Source: Turneriella sp. (lineage in GTDB: Bacteria; Spirochaetota; Leptospiria; Turneriellales; Turneriellaceae). From it: a DNA stretch of 64,000 bases. Shown here piece by piece: positions 29,249-38,410 of the stretch. Made by a program: the position numbers and the translations under genes. The stretch's first letter is position 1. Each line of letters begins with the position of its first letter. Below the pieces are notes generated by a model, which searched no databases, was not told where the DNA came from, and was given only the letters and a program-made list of their open reading frames with translations. The DNA lies in NCBI GenBank assembly GCA_965279515.1, contig CBDIID010000003.1, positions 1,952,001 to 2,016,000 of the forward strand, given 5' to 3'.

Positions 29249-29875
29249 TCAGCCGGGACAGACCGGGCTCAGCTTAGCGGTAATTTTCACATCGATATCG
29301 GGCCACAGCTTGCTTTGGCCGTCTTTACCCTTATGCAGGTCTTTGCAGGCCAGGTTCAAGGCCGCGAGCGGTGAAAGGGCGTTGAATTCAGCGATATCAA
29401 GCCTAAAGGCGACTTCGAGCCCTGCACCGTCGACGCGGCGCACCGTAGCCGAGACCTTTTTCTCGATGCCGTTGATTTTCAGGAGCAGGGTGGCGTTGTT
29501 TGCGCTCACCGATTCGACGCGTGCCCTGATCTCCCCCTTATTTTTCATCGCTGCGAAAAACGCGTAATAAATCTTCTTATCGCGGTCGGGATTATTCGTA
29601 TTCACGCTCGCGGCATCGACGATGAATTCGGCTTCTGCAAAGACCTCTTCGGGTTTCGTGGCGGTGCGCGCATTTTCAGTTCGAATCGAATTAAAAGTTC
29701 CCGAAACACCGAGGCGCTCTGTAAACTTGTATGCAGTCCATTGCAGCTTTGCCTGCGTGGGGTCGAAATCAAAGCGGCAGAGGCTGTAATCCGGTTTTAT
29801 TTCTGCTTTCTTGCAAGACCAGAAGAGTGCCAAGATAAGTACAATGCCAACAATGTGACTCTTTCGCAAAATCAT
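29249..29875 (-). CDS. YceI-family lipid/polyisoprenoid-binding lipoprotein
   Basis: Lipobox FWSC, LQWTAYK...VSGTF, SVNTNNPDRD, LKINGIEK. Confidence 0.8.
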   Translation of the reverse strand: MILRKSHIVGIVLILALFWSCKKAEIKPDYSLCRFDFDPTQAKLQWTAYKFTERLGVSGTFNSIRTENARTATKPEEVFAEAEFIVDAASVNTNNPDRDKKIYYAFFAAMKNKGEIRARVESVSANNATLLLKINGIEKKVSATVRRVDGAGLEVAFRLDIAEFNALSPLAALNLACKDLHKGKDGQSKLWPDIDVKITAKLSPVCPG

Positions 29876-29954
29876 AGTTGGGAAAAGCCTCTGCGATACC
29901 GCGCGTAAAGCCGGTTTTCACAACAGCGGTTTACGCTGTATCCATAAGATAGAT

Positions 29955-30326
29955 TTGCTGCGGAGCGCCGTGCTGAGAAAGATTACCGCCACGCTGATTT
30001 GCCTCTTGCTTCTTGCAACTGCCACCGAGGCGGTCGGACTTATCTCACACTCGACCGGCGTACTCAAATGCCCCAGCTGCAAAATGAAAATGCAGAAAAT
30101 CGACGACTGCCGCTGCCATAAGAAAAAACCTGTTTCCGCGGCGAAAATCCACGACCCCTGCGGCGACAACGAGGGGGATTTCCACATTTCCTTCGACCGG
30201 GTGCAGGGTGTTGCGGCGCCCGAAGTCTTTGTGCCGGCCGCTTTTGTCAGTACATACCTCTCTCTCTCTTATCGCTACCCCACCGGTATCACGAGCGATA
30301 TTCCGCAGCCGCCGCCGCGGCGTTAA
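29955..30326 (+). CDS. Putative metal-sensing leader/arrest peptide 4
   Basis: Signal-like N-terminus, CPSC...CRCH...HDPC, C-terminal DIPQPPPRR; directly upstream of a TonB-dependent receptor. Confidence 0.72.
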   Translation: MLRSAVLRKITATLICLLLLATATEAVGLISHSTGVLKCPSCKMKMQKIDDCRCHKKKPVSAAKIHDPCGDNEGDFHISFDRVQGVAAPEVFVPAAFVSTYLSLSYRYPTGITSDIPQPPPRR

Positions 30327-30395
30327 CTCCTGCCCAACAAACAAATAACCACTGAAAGTGGTGCATCCGCGCTAAGGCGCGAGATAAAGGAGTTA
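30324..30395 (+). promoter_or_regulatory. Anti-SD/SD attenuator structure between leader 4 and the TBDR
   Basis: TAACTCCT (30324-30331, includes leader stop) is the exact reverse complement of AGGAGTTA (30388-30395, SD); two internal hairpins. Confidence 0.7.
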
Positions 30396-30400
30396 TGTTT

Positions 30401-32587
30401 ATGCGATTATTTACGATCAAAGCCGTTGCCGTTCTTCTCATCACGAGCAGCGCAATCTGGGTACAGACACCCGAAAAGAAAGATGAAAAAACTAAAAAAA
30501 ATCCCGTGGAAATTCCCGCTAACGCAGCGGATCCTGAAGGTGTAAAAACCATCGCGGTTGAAAAAGGCGAGACTAAACCTCTCGAAGAAGAAGAAACCCT
30601 GCCCGACGTCGTCGTCACGGCCACGCGCGAAGAAGAAAAACGCCGCGATGTGCCGATGTCGATCGGCAAGATCAAACGCGACTCGATTAAAGATACGAAG
30701 CCGATCCATCCATCCGAGCTGATGAACCAGTCGCCGGGTGTGTTTGTGAACACGACAAGCGGTGAGGGACACCAGACAATGATCCGCCACCCGATCACGA
30801 CCGGCTCGGTGTATCTTTACCTCGAAGACGGTGTGCCGACGCGCTCACCAGGATTTTTCAACCATAACGCGCTCTTCGAAATTAACGTGCCACAAGCCGG
30901 CGGTATTGAAATCATCAAAGGCCCTGGTTCAGCGCTCTATGGCAGCGATGCACTCGGTGGGGTTGTCAACGTGCTGACGCGCCCTGTGACAAAAGACCGC
31001 GAAATCGACCTGAGCTTCGAATACGGCGGTTTCGGCTGGAAAAGGCTTTTGGCCTCGGCCGGCGAAAAGTTTGGCGACCATGCCATACGCGTCGATGGAA
31101 ACATGACCGATTCGAAGGGCTGGCGTGACGGTACGAAATACTCGCGCCAAAGCGGTACGCTGCGTTGGGATGCAGTCTTCGGCAAACATAAGTTCAAGAC
31201 CGTCGTCACGGCTTCGAATATCGACCAGCAATCGGCAGGCGCCGCGGCATTGCGCGAGGCGGATTATCTGAATAATTCGCAGGCGAACTACATGCAATTC
31301 TCCTACCGCCGCGTCAAAGCCGTACGTGTTTCAACTCAGTACGATTACGAAATCAGCCAGGGCAACAAGCTATCGGCCATTCTCTACGGACGCTACAACG
31401 AGATGGGGCAATTACCGAATTATATCGGCGCACAGACAACCCAGCGGGAAAACAACTTGCGCAATGCCTCGGCGGGATTGCTTTTCAAGCACCTGCTCGA
31501 TATTCAGCTTTTTCACTCAAAGCTGATTTCGGGTATCGACGCCGATTATTCGCCGGGAGTCTTTAACGAATGGAATGTAACGACTACAAAATCCGGCGAT
31601 TATTTTACGAGTTACACAACCGGCGCATTGCAATACGACTATGATGTTAAATTTTATCAGGCATCGCCGTTTGTCCAGCTCGAATCATCGCCGCTTACGC
31701 GAAAACTAAAACTGCAACTCGGTGCACGGTATGACTACATGGGTTATATCTATAAGAATAACCTGAGCGTCATTCAAACCGGTAATACACGCCGCCCCGA
31801 AGATGCATCGCCCAGCTTCAACCACCTCTCGCCTAAAGCGGGCGTCGTGTACGACTTCTTCGCCGAACTCAATGTCTTCGCGAGTTACCGCCACGGCTTT
31901 CGTGTGCCACAGCAAAGCGACCTGTTTCGCCAGGGCAGCGCCAATTCGGCCCTTGGCATCAAACCGATTAAAATCGATAGCTTTGAAATCGGTGTGAGGG
32001 GTGCGGCGCTGAAAGAACGCCTGCAATACGAGGTGACAGGCTTCTACGCCGAAAAGCGCGACGATATTGTCAGCGTCAGCCTTGCCCCCGGTGTCACAGA
32101 AACACAAAACGCGGGCACGACTTCGCATAAGGGTATCGAAATTGGCCTCGAAGCCGAGATCTTTAAGAAGCTGCTCTGGTTTGTGGGTAATGTGACTTAC
32201 GCCGAACACAAATACGTCACCTGGACGCCATCGTCGACCGCCATTCTCAACAACTATTTTCAACCCCAGGCGCCGACGATATTCGGCACAGTCAGCCTGA
32301 AAATTGTGCCGGTAAAAGGTTTACAGATCAGCCCCGAGTGGGTTTATCTGGGGCGTTACTTTATGGATGATTTGAATACGACGGTTTATCCCGGACACAG
32401 CATCTTCAACATCCGGGCAAAATATGAAGTCAACGAGCGCATCGGTGTTTTCACACGCATCCATAACCTGACGAATGTGCGTTATGCCGATATTGCTTCA
32501 TACAATTCCCTGCAGGCCGGCACATTTCCCGGCTATGTACCGGGCGAACCGTTCTCGGTCATCGCCGGCATGTCTTACAGCCTATGA
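30401..32587 (+). CDS. TonB-dependent outer-membrane receptor
   Basis: TonB box DVVVTATR, plug IEIIKGPGSALYGSDALGGVVNV, C-terminal HNLTN; ATG 30401 best spaced from AGGAG (ORF track start 30395). Confidence 0.93.
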   Translation: MRLFTIKAVAVLLITSSAIWVQTPEKKDEKTKKNPVEIPANAADPEGVKTIAVEKGETKPLEEEETLPDVVVTATREEEKRRDVPMSIGKIKRDSIKDTKPIHPSELMNQSPGVFVNTTSGEGHQTMIRHPITTGSVYLYLEDGVPTRSPGFFNHNALFEINVPQAGGIEIIKGPGSALYGSDALGGVVNVLTRPVTKDREIDLSFEYGGFGWKRLLASAGEKFGDHAIRVDGNMTDSKGWRDGTKYSRQSGTLRWDAVFGKHKFKTVVTASNIDQQSAGAAALREADYLNNSQANYMQFSYRRVKAVRVSTQYDYEISQGNKLSAILYGRYNEMGQLPNYIGAQTTQRENNLRNASAGLLFKHLLDIQLFHSKLISGIDADYSPGVFNEWNVTTTKSGDYFTSYTTGALQYDYDVKFYQASPFVQLESSPLTRKLKLQLGARYDYMGYIYKNNLSVIQTGNTRRPEDASPSFNHLSPKAGVVYDFFAELNVFASYRHGFRVPQQSDLFRQGSANSALGIKPIKIDSFEIGVRGAALKERLQYEVTGFYAEKRDDIVSVSLAPGVTETQNAGTTSHKGIEIGLEAEIFKKLLWFVGNVTYAEHKYVTWTPSSTAILNNYFQPQAPTIFGTVSLKIVPVKGLQISPEWVYLGRYFMDDLNTTVYPGHSIFNIRAKYEVNERIGVFTRIHNLTNVRYADIASYNSLQAGTFPGYVPGEPFSVIAGMSYSL

Positions 32588-33741
32588 AGCCCAGAAAAGA
32601 ACTCATCCTCGCCGTAACGCTCGTCGTTGCGGCGGGCCTTATCGGCATGCGGTTCTTGCGCGGCAAAGCACAGCACCATAGGCATGAAAAAATCACCGGT
32701 GATGCGAGCTTCGACGCTTATGCGGATGGCCCGCGTATCCATGTCCTGATTCTCCGGCAGCACGGAGATCACCAGGTATTGCTCTATAAAAAAATTGAGA
32801 ACGGCAATGAATCCACCGAAACCGAACTGCCGCATGCCGCCGGTGAGAAAATTATTTCGCGCCGCTCGAACGACGTGCGCGTCGCCGCGCGCGGAAACCA
32901 CATTCTCGCTCTTTGGCAAATTGCAGGCACAGGTTACGCGAACCGCGGTCCCCTGCGCGCCGCTGAAAGTACTGACGGCGGCAAAACATGGAAATCGGCA
33001 CCGCAGCCACTTGCCCCAGGGCGTACCGATGACCAGGGTTTTGTCGCCCTAATGGCTGACCGTAATGGAAAATTCCAGGCAGTGTGGCTCGATCTCGACG
33101 CCAAACTCAAGGGTCTGCGCCATGCGTCATATGACAGCGGCGTATGGTCGAAGCCTGCGACGATTGATACGAAAACATGCGAATGCTGCTGGAACACGCT
33201 GAAAGAAAATCCCGCGGGCGATCTGCTTGTGCTCTACCGCAATGCCAAACCACGCGACATGGCACTGGCAAAATTCTCCGCTGGTGCCTGGCAAAAGGCG
33301 GGCATCGTCGACAATTTTGACTGGCGTATCGAAGCCTGCCCGCATGCCGGTGGTGGCCTCGCCTCAGATAATAATTACACGTACGCCGTGACCTGGACAG
33401 GCCACGAGACGGCGCAGGGAGCCTACTTTAACCGCAAGAAGAACAGCGATAACCGCTGGTCGCTGAAGACAAAGCTGGGCGGTAAATCCGCGCGCAATCC
33501 CGATATCGTCGAAAATTCAGGCCGCATTGCAGTAGTGTGGGATGAATTCGAAGGCGAACGCCGGCTGGTAAAAGTGCAGACATCCGCCAATGCCGGCGTC
33601 ACCTGGACGAAAGCAGAGATGCTGACAGGCGCGAATGTCTCAGGCTCATACCCGCGCATTGTCGGCGCGGCGCAGGGTTTCACCGCTTTCTGGTCAGAAA
33701 CACAGAACGGGCGCACGGCAGTGCGCTTCAAAAAGCTGTAA
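32584..33741 (+). CDS. BNR/Asp-box beta-propeller (sialidase-like) periplasmic partner of the TBDR
   Basis: STDGGKTW and SANAGVTW Asp-boxes, CECC and CPH motifs, His-rich QHHRHE. Confidence 0.8.
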   Translation: MKPRKELILAVTLVVAAGLIGMRFLRGKAQHHRHEKITGDASFDAYADGPRIHVLILRQHGDHQVLLYKKIENGNESTETELPHAAGEKIISRRSNDVRVAARGNHILALWQIAGTGYANRGPLRAAESTDGGKTWKSAPQPLAPGRTDDQGFVALMADRNGKFQAVWLDLDAKLKGLRHASYDSGVWSKPATIDTKTCECCWNTLKENPAGDLLVLYRNAKPRDMALAKFSAGAWQKAGIVDNFDWRIEACPHAGGGLASDNNYTYAVTWTGHETAQGAYFNRKKNSDNRWSLKTKLGGKSARNPDIVENSGRIAVVWDEFEGERRLVKVQTSANAGVTWTKAEMLTGANVSGSYPRIVGAAQGFTAFWSETQNGRTAVRFKKL

Positions 33742-33742
33742 A

Positions 33743-35239
33743 CTACTCTGTGCTGCTGGTGATGATTTGCACGTTGCGAAACTGCATCAGCTCGGGCAGT
33801 GCGACGGGTAATCCCGCTTTACCAGGTGGGCGTGGGCGAGGTGTCAGAACCATCGCATCGGGCGAGTAGAGCTCGAGCTCATTGTTCGCAACCGGGAACT
33901 CTTTAGGCCTCACGGGATCATATTTACCCGTAATCGTCACCCAGCCCGTCGGCTGTACGAAGACCTGCAGAAACTCCGTGGATTTTTTAGCGTCGAGATC
34001 AAAGAAACGCATGCGCCGGCAGGGAATACCGAGACTGCGGTAAATGCCGCAGCGCACGTCGTTCCTCAGCGTCGCATCTTTCTGCGCCGTCGCAATCGCA
34101 TAGATCGGATGTTTGCCTTCGTTCTGGCCGAGCCACGTCTTGCGGAAAGCTTCGACCGATGCCTGTTCCGCAGGGCTGATGAGCATGTTATCGAGAAACG
34201 GCCGCACGTTGTCAGGCAACTCGGGGCTGCGGAAATACTGCTTGAGCAGGGGACCGTTGAAGATGTGCGTCAGGTTAAAAAGCGTCGCCTGGAACTGTAG
34301 CTTGTACGAGCGCTTGCGCTCGCCGCTTTTCTGCTCGAGCAAAATCTCCGAGGTATGCGCGCCGTCTTCTTGCCTGCCAAACCGTGTCGCGGGATCAGCG
34401 CGCAGGCCTGCGACGCGCTGGTGCGCGGTCACGGGCAACAGGGCATATTTCAGCTGCATCTTCGATTCGCGCGCACGGTCTTCGTCGCCCCAGGGTAAGG
34501 CCAGATCAATTTCACCCGCGATGGTAAAATTGCGCCGGGCCGCCGCCACATAGTTTTCCGTTTCGATGAAGTCGACCGAACGCACCTGGCCGGGGCGCGC
34601 CACGTACATGCCGCCATCTACGAAAGCAATGCCATAACACCCTTCGGGCAGTGGCAAAAAACTCACCTGCTGACCATCGGTCGGCGAAAGCTTATATGCC
34701 TTGCCATCCTTTGCAATGGCCCAGAGAAAACCTTTATAGAAGGTCATGCTGCGGATGTCCGACGTGACTTCCGGGGTAAATGATCCGAATTGCATGCGAT
34801 CCACCATGTGGTAGCGGTAAATCTTCTTGTCTTCCCGGTTATAGATGTATGCCTGGTGCATGTCGAGAGCAATCGCGACCGGGTCAGCGATGCCCTTGAG
34901 TTGTATCTTATCGACGAGATCGCCGTTCAGGGGATTAATGACATAGACGTAATTGGGCCCGACGGTTACAAGATTCGGCGCCCAGTAAGCAATATCGCGC
35001 ACGTCGAATGACATCGTGCGCGGTGCGAGTTTTTTTTTCTGTCCGACGTCGTAGCCGGTCAGCTCACGCGTCTGCGCATCGGCGACCCAGAGTATGGTAC
35101 CATCATGGGCGAGGCCGAGAGGGATTTTTGTTTCCAGTTGAACGTCGTCGGCAGAGAGGGGGGAGATAAGCAAAATGAAACTAAGAAGTATTCCGCGCTT
35201 CGCCCCACCCCCCAGGCTTGGGGGCGAATGGGGCGTCAT
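33743..35239 (-). CDS. Secreted beta-propeller protein with degenerate transglutaminase-like domain
   Basis: GLAHDG..LWVAD propeller repeats; RSLGIPCR and VFVQPTGWV transglutaminase-like segments. Confidence 0.6.
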   Translation of the reverse strand: MTPHSPPSLGGGAKRGILLSFILLISPLSADDVQLETKIPLGLAHDGTILWVADAQTRELTGYDVGQKKKLAPRTMSFDVRDIAYWAPNLVTVGPNYVYVINPLNGDLVDKIQLKGIADPVAIALDMHQAYIYNREDKKIYRYHMVDRMQFGSFTPEVTSDIRSMTFYKGFLWAIAKDGKAYKLSPTDGQQVSFLPLPEGCYGIAFVDGGMYVARPGQVRSVDFIETENYVAAARRNFTIAGEIDLALPWGDEDRARESKMQLKYALLPVTAHQRVAGLRADPATRFGRQEDGAHTSEILLEQKSGERKRSYKLQFQATLFNLTHIFNGPLLKQYFRSPELPDNVRPFLDNMLISPAEQASVEAFRKTWLGQNEGKHPIYAIATAQKDATLRNDVRCGIYRSLGIPCRRMRFFDLDAKKSTEFLQVFVQPTGWVTITGKYDPVRPKEFPVANNELELYSPDAMVLTPRPRPPGKAGLPVALPELMQFRNVQIITSSTE

Positions 35240-36717
35240 TTTTCAATCTCCAAGACAGAAGCCGCTTCGGGCCGCAGAGCCGACTTTTTCTTGTAGATAT
35301 CCGGAGGGCCGCATAAGAGCACGGTGAAATTTTCCGGCCGGTAATATTTTTTCGCCACACGCAGTACATCCGCCTCGGTGACCTGGCTGAGATATTTGGC
35401 ATAGTCAGGCAGATAACTTAACGGCAGGCCATCCCACTTGAGTGTCAGGTAGAGTTTCATGTATTGCGCCGGATTTTCAAAGAGAAAAACAAATTTGTTC
35501 TTCAGGGAAAGTTTGGCTTCTTCGATTTTGTCGCGGCTGACAAAGGCCTCAGGTTTTGCCAGGATCTCGTCCATCACCTCGACGACGTCGGGTAAATTGA
35601 CATTCGCGGTCTGTGTAAAAAGCATGAGCGTACCGGTAAAATCGTCTGTTTCAAACGTCGAATAGGCGCTGTACGCCCAGCCCTTTTCTGTGCGGATCTT
35701 TTGCGTGAGATAAGAGTTGAACGAATCGCCGCCGAGTAAAAAATCGAAGATGCGCAGCGCATAATAATCGGCGTCGGTATGTTTCATGCCCGGCGCCTTA
35801 TAGACCACGGTTGCCTGGGGAATATCGCGCGGTAAAATACGCAGCGCATTCGCCTTCGCCGTCGGCTGCACATGCATCACGGCCAGGTCGGGACGTTTTT
35901 TTTCGTCGCGCGCCATTTTGCCGAATGTGTTTTCGAGCAAAGACTTCAGCGTTTCTTCTTTGATATCGCCCGTAATGGCGAGACTCAGCCGTTCGCCGCG
36001 CCACATGCGCCGCTGCCAGTCAGCGAGGTCTGCCGCTTGCAGGTTCTTCACGGTGCGTATTGTCGCGTAACGCCCGCGCGGCGTGCCGCCCCAGAACATT
36101 TTCGTCATGCCCAGCGACGCCCACTTCGCAGGATTTTCATCGCGGCGCTCAAACTCTTTGAGAACACGCGTGCGGATAATTTCAAAATCCTCAGCGGCAA
36201 GCCGGGGCGATTCGATGACAGAAAAAAGCTTCGTCAGGTCATTGGCAAAATAGTGCGACATCGAGTTGATATTAAAACTCGAGCGCTCCATACCGCTGGA
36301 AAAACTGAACGACGAGGCGCGGTTCTCCAGATATTCCGAAAGTTTATCGCGGTCGAAATCTTTCGAGCCGGAAAATACCACGGTTTCGCCCCAAAGGCCG
36401 TGCAGGCCCAGCTTTTCGTCGGGCACTTCAAAACCGCCGCCTTCCATATAGACCTGCGCGCTCACCAGCGGAACATTTTCAGAGAACAGATAATAGACAG
36501 GAATGCCGTTCGCGAGCTTAAATTCCTTGACCTGCGGAATTTTCGGCCGCGGCATTTCTTCTTTGATGTAATGATACCAGGGACGGCTTGCTGTATCGAC
36601 GCTAGCCTTGGCCGCGGGTTTTGCTCCCACGGGCTTACCCTGTCCTTTGCCGGCGATCGAAAATGTTACGATAAGAAAAATGCCGGCCATCACCGGCTTC
36701 GAAATTTTTCGCGTCAC
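35236..36717 (-). CDS. M16 (insulinase/pitrilysin) family peptidase, non-catalytic subunit type
   Basis: LANGIPV, LGGDSFNSYL..KIRTEKGWAYS, VTEADVLRVAKKY; HxxEH absent. Confidence 0.85.
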   Translation of the reverse strand: MTRKISKPVMAGIFLIVTFSIAGKGQGKPVGAKPAAKASVDTASRPWYHYIKEEMPRPKIPQVKEFKLANGIPVYYLFSENVPLVSAQVYMEGGGFEVPDEKLGLHGLWGETVVFSGSKDFDRDKLSEYLENRASSFSFSSGMERSSFNINSMSHYFANDLTKLFSVIESPRLAAEDFEIIRTRVLKEFERRDENPAKWASLGMTKMFWGGTPRGRYATIRTVKNLQAADLADWQRRMWRGERLSLAITGDIKEETLKSLLENTFGKMARDEKKRPDLAVMHVQPTAKANALRILPRDIPQATVVYKAPGMKHTDADYYALRIFDFLLGGDSFNSYLTQKIRTEKGWAYSAYSTFETDDFTGTLMLFTQTANVNLPDVVEVMDEILAKPEAFVSRDKIEEAKLSLKNKFVFLFENPAQYMKLYLTLKWDGLPLSYLPDYAKYLSQVTEADVLRVAKKYYRPENFTVLLCGPPDIYKKKSALRPEAASVLEIEK

Positions 36718-37508
36718 TTGTTAAACCGCTGCTCGTTCTTCTTTTTCATCTCTTCGATCGCCGAGCCGGCATCCTGAATCTTTACAGAGTTCTTTACTTT
36801 TTCGAGCAGCTCGATCTGGCGGTTCTTCTCGCGCTCCATGATCTTATACTGCGCCTCGCGCATGCAGTTGAGCTGCTTAAACAGCTTCATCTTTTTCTTG
36901 ATAAAATCTTCCATCACGCCCTTGACGAGGGCGTTATCGACGCCGGTCACCTGTTCGCCTGCAGGGATTTCCTGCTCTTCGTTCTCGCGGCCGGCCGAGG
37001 CCACGGCAACTTTACCGTGGTTCACAAACACACCGGCGGGAATATCTGAATCTTCGGCCCCGGCTTCTTCGGGGGCATCCCCTGCACTGATAATAAATTC
37101 GGTACCGCGCACACCCGCGACAATCGTCGGCGTCTTGATCTGGTATTTCGAGCCCGGCGTCATTTGTTTGGCAAATTTCGTATAACCGCGGCCCGATTCG
37201 AGTTCGAGCGAGATGTTGGTCTTTTTATCCATCTCAAAAAGATCGCTGATCTTCACGGTGCTGTAAGGCGCCAGGTGCAATACCGCGCTCGGCCCGATCT
37301 GGATATCCATCTTGCCTTTTTTGGTGAAAACCCGGTCGTTCTTGAAAAAGATCGTTTTGACCTTCGCGACCTCAGATTTGCCGTCGCGTTCATAATAACA
37401 CTCGCCGCTGGCCACCAAAACCGCAGCGAGCAGCTCTTTAGGCTTTTCCTGGGCATGGGCAAAGCGGATTGCCCCCGTCATGGATAATAAAATGATGAGT
37501 TTGCGCAT
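36714..37508 (-). CDS. FecR-domain (LipL45-like) periplasmic protein
   Basis: IKTPTIVAGVRGTEF, VNHGKVAV. Confidence 0.8.
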   Translation of the reverse strand: MRKLIILLSMTGAIRFAHAQEKPKELLAAVLVASGECYYERDGKSEVAKVKTIFFKNDRVFTKKGKMDIQIGPSAVLHLAPYSTVKISDLFEMDKKTNISLELESGRGYTKFAKQMTPGSKYQIKTPTIVAGVRGTEFIISAGDAPEEAGAEDSDIPAGVFVNHGKVAVASAGRENEEQEIPAGEQVTGVDNALVKGVMEDFIKKKMKLFKQLNCMREAQYKIMEREKNRQIELLEKVKNSVKIQDAGSAIEEMKKKNEQRFNK

Positions 37509-37555
37509 ATGTCCCCTATTAATGAGACGTTTCTCAGGCCGAAAAGAGGAAAAAA

Positions 37556-38410
37556 TTACAGCGTTATTGAAAAACTTGCGGTTGTAAGTACGGTGGTATT
37601 CCCGTTGTTCACAGTCAAAGTGCCGGTTGCAAGCTTATCCCCCGTATCAAAGTAAACGCTCGCTCCTCCCGCAGCATCCGCGTAACAATAGTACTTGTAG
37701 GTGCCTGCGGGCAGCAGGTTCACCGCAGCGCCATTTCCGGTCATCGTTCCTATACCGGTACGCGTATAGTAAGCCAGCGGGTGTGACGTCGAAGTGAAGG
37801 TTGTCGTATTGGGATCTACAATAAAACAGCGATACGTAGAACCCGGCCCGGACTGAATGTCGAAGGTATGCTTCACGCCAACAGAGGTGTTACCGTTTGT
37901 GATACTGTAAGTGGTATCGCCGTTTATGGTCATGGTCGCATGCGCCGTGAGGAACGTGGCGGTGGCGTCGCTGGATTGAATGTGACCGTTCGCTCCGCAG
38001 CCGGCGATGGCATTATTGGTAAAAGTTACATTCGCGTCGCCGGCAGAGCGGACTGCGAAATAGAGATCATAGTTGCCGTTTGCGAGAGTAGCATTTGAAC
38101 CCGTTAAACAATTCGTACCACTGGGAGAAATGAGCGTTTGCGTTACGGTTGCGCCGCCGGCACCTGTAGTCACGGTCGCGCTGGGTACTCCAGCCACCAA
38201 GCCGCCGTCTTTATAGAGCAAAACCGTGAAAGTCTGGCTTGCGTGCGTTGCGTCACCTGAGGGAAATGTAACGCTCACCGTTGCCGTACCCTGGGTAGGT
38301 GATGTACTCGCAACAGGCGGTTTGTTGACAACCGGGTCAAAGACGACGTTGGACTGCGCGCAGTGTGCCAGGGCAAAAACTACAAAAACCGACAAACCCT
38401 TCTTCAACAT
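37556..38410 (-). CDS. Hypothetical lipoprotein (beta-rich)
   Basis: ATG 38410 overlaps upstream stop; lipobox LAHC; Thr/Gly-rich. Confidence 0.7.
   Translation of the reverse strand: MLKKGLSVFVVFALAHCAQSNVVFDPVVNKPPVASTSPTQGTATVSVTFPSGDATHASQTFTVLLYKDGGLVAGVPSATVTTGAGGATVTQTLISPSGTNCLTGSNATLANGNYDLYFAVRSAGDANVTFTNNAIAGCGANGHIQSSDATATFLTAHATMTINGDTTYSITNGNTSVGVKHTFDIQSGPGSTYRCFIVDPNTTTFTSTSHPLAYYTRTGIGTMTGNGAAVNLLPAGTYKYYCYADAAGGASVYFDTGDKLATGTLTVNNGNTTVLTTASFSITL

Noticed and set aside
30327..30400. Cobalamin or other metabolite riboswitch ahead of the TBDR
   Set aside because: UTR is only ~70 nt and lacks B12-box-like conserved sequence; structure is explained by stop/SD pairing
14166..33741. 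Methanobactin or other RiPP biosynthetic cluster with the Cys-rich ORFs as precursors
   Set aside because: No MbnB/DUF692, MbnC, radical SAM, YcaO or exporter genes seen; the small ORFs' position, fixed Cys-to-PPP spacing and anti-SD UTRs fit cis-acting leaders better
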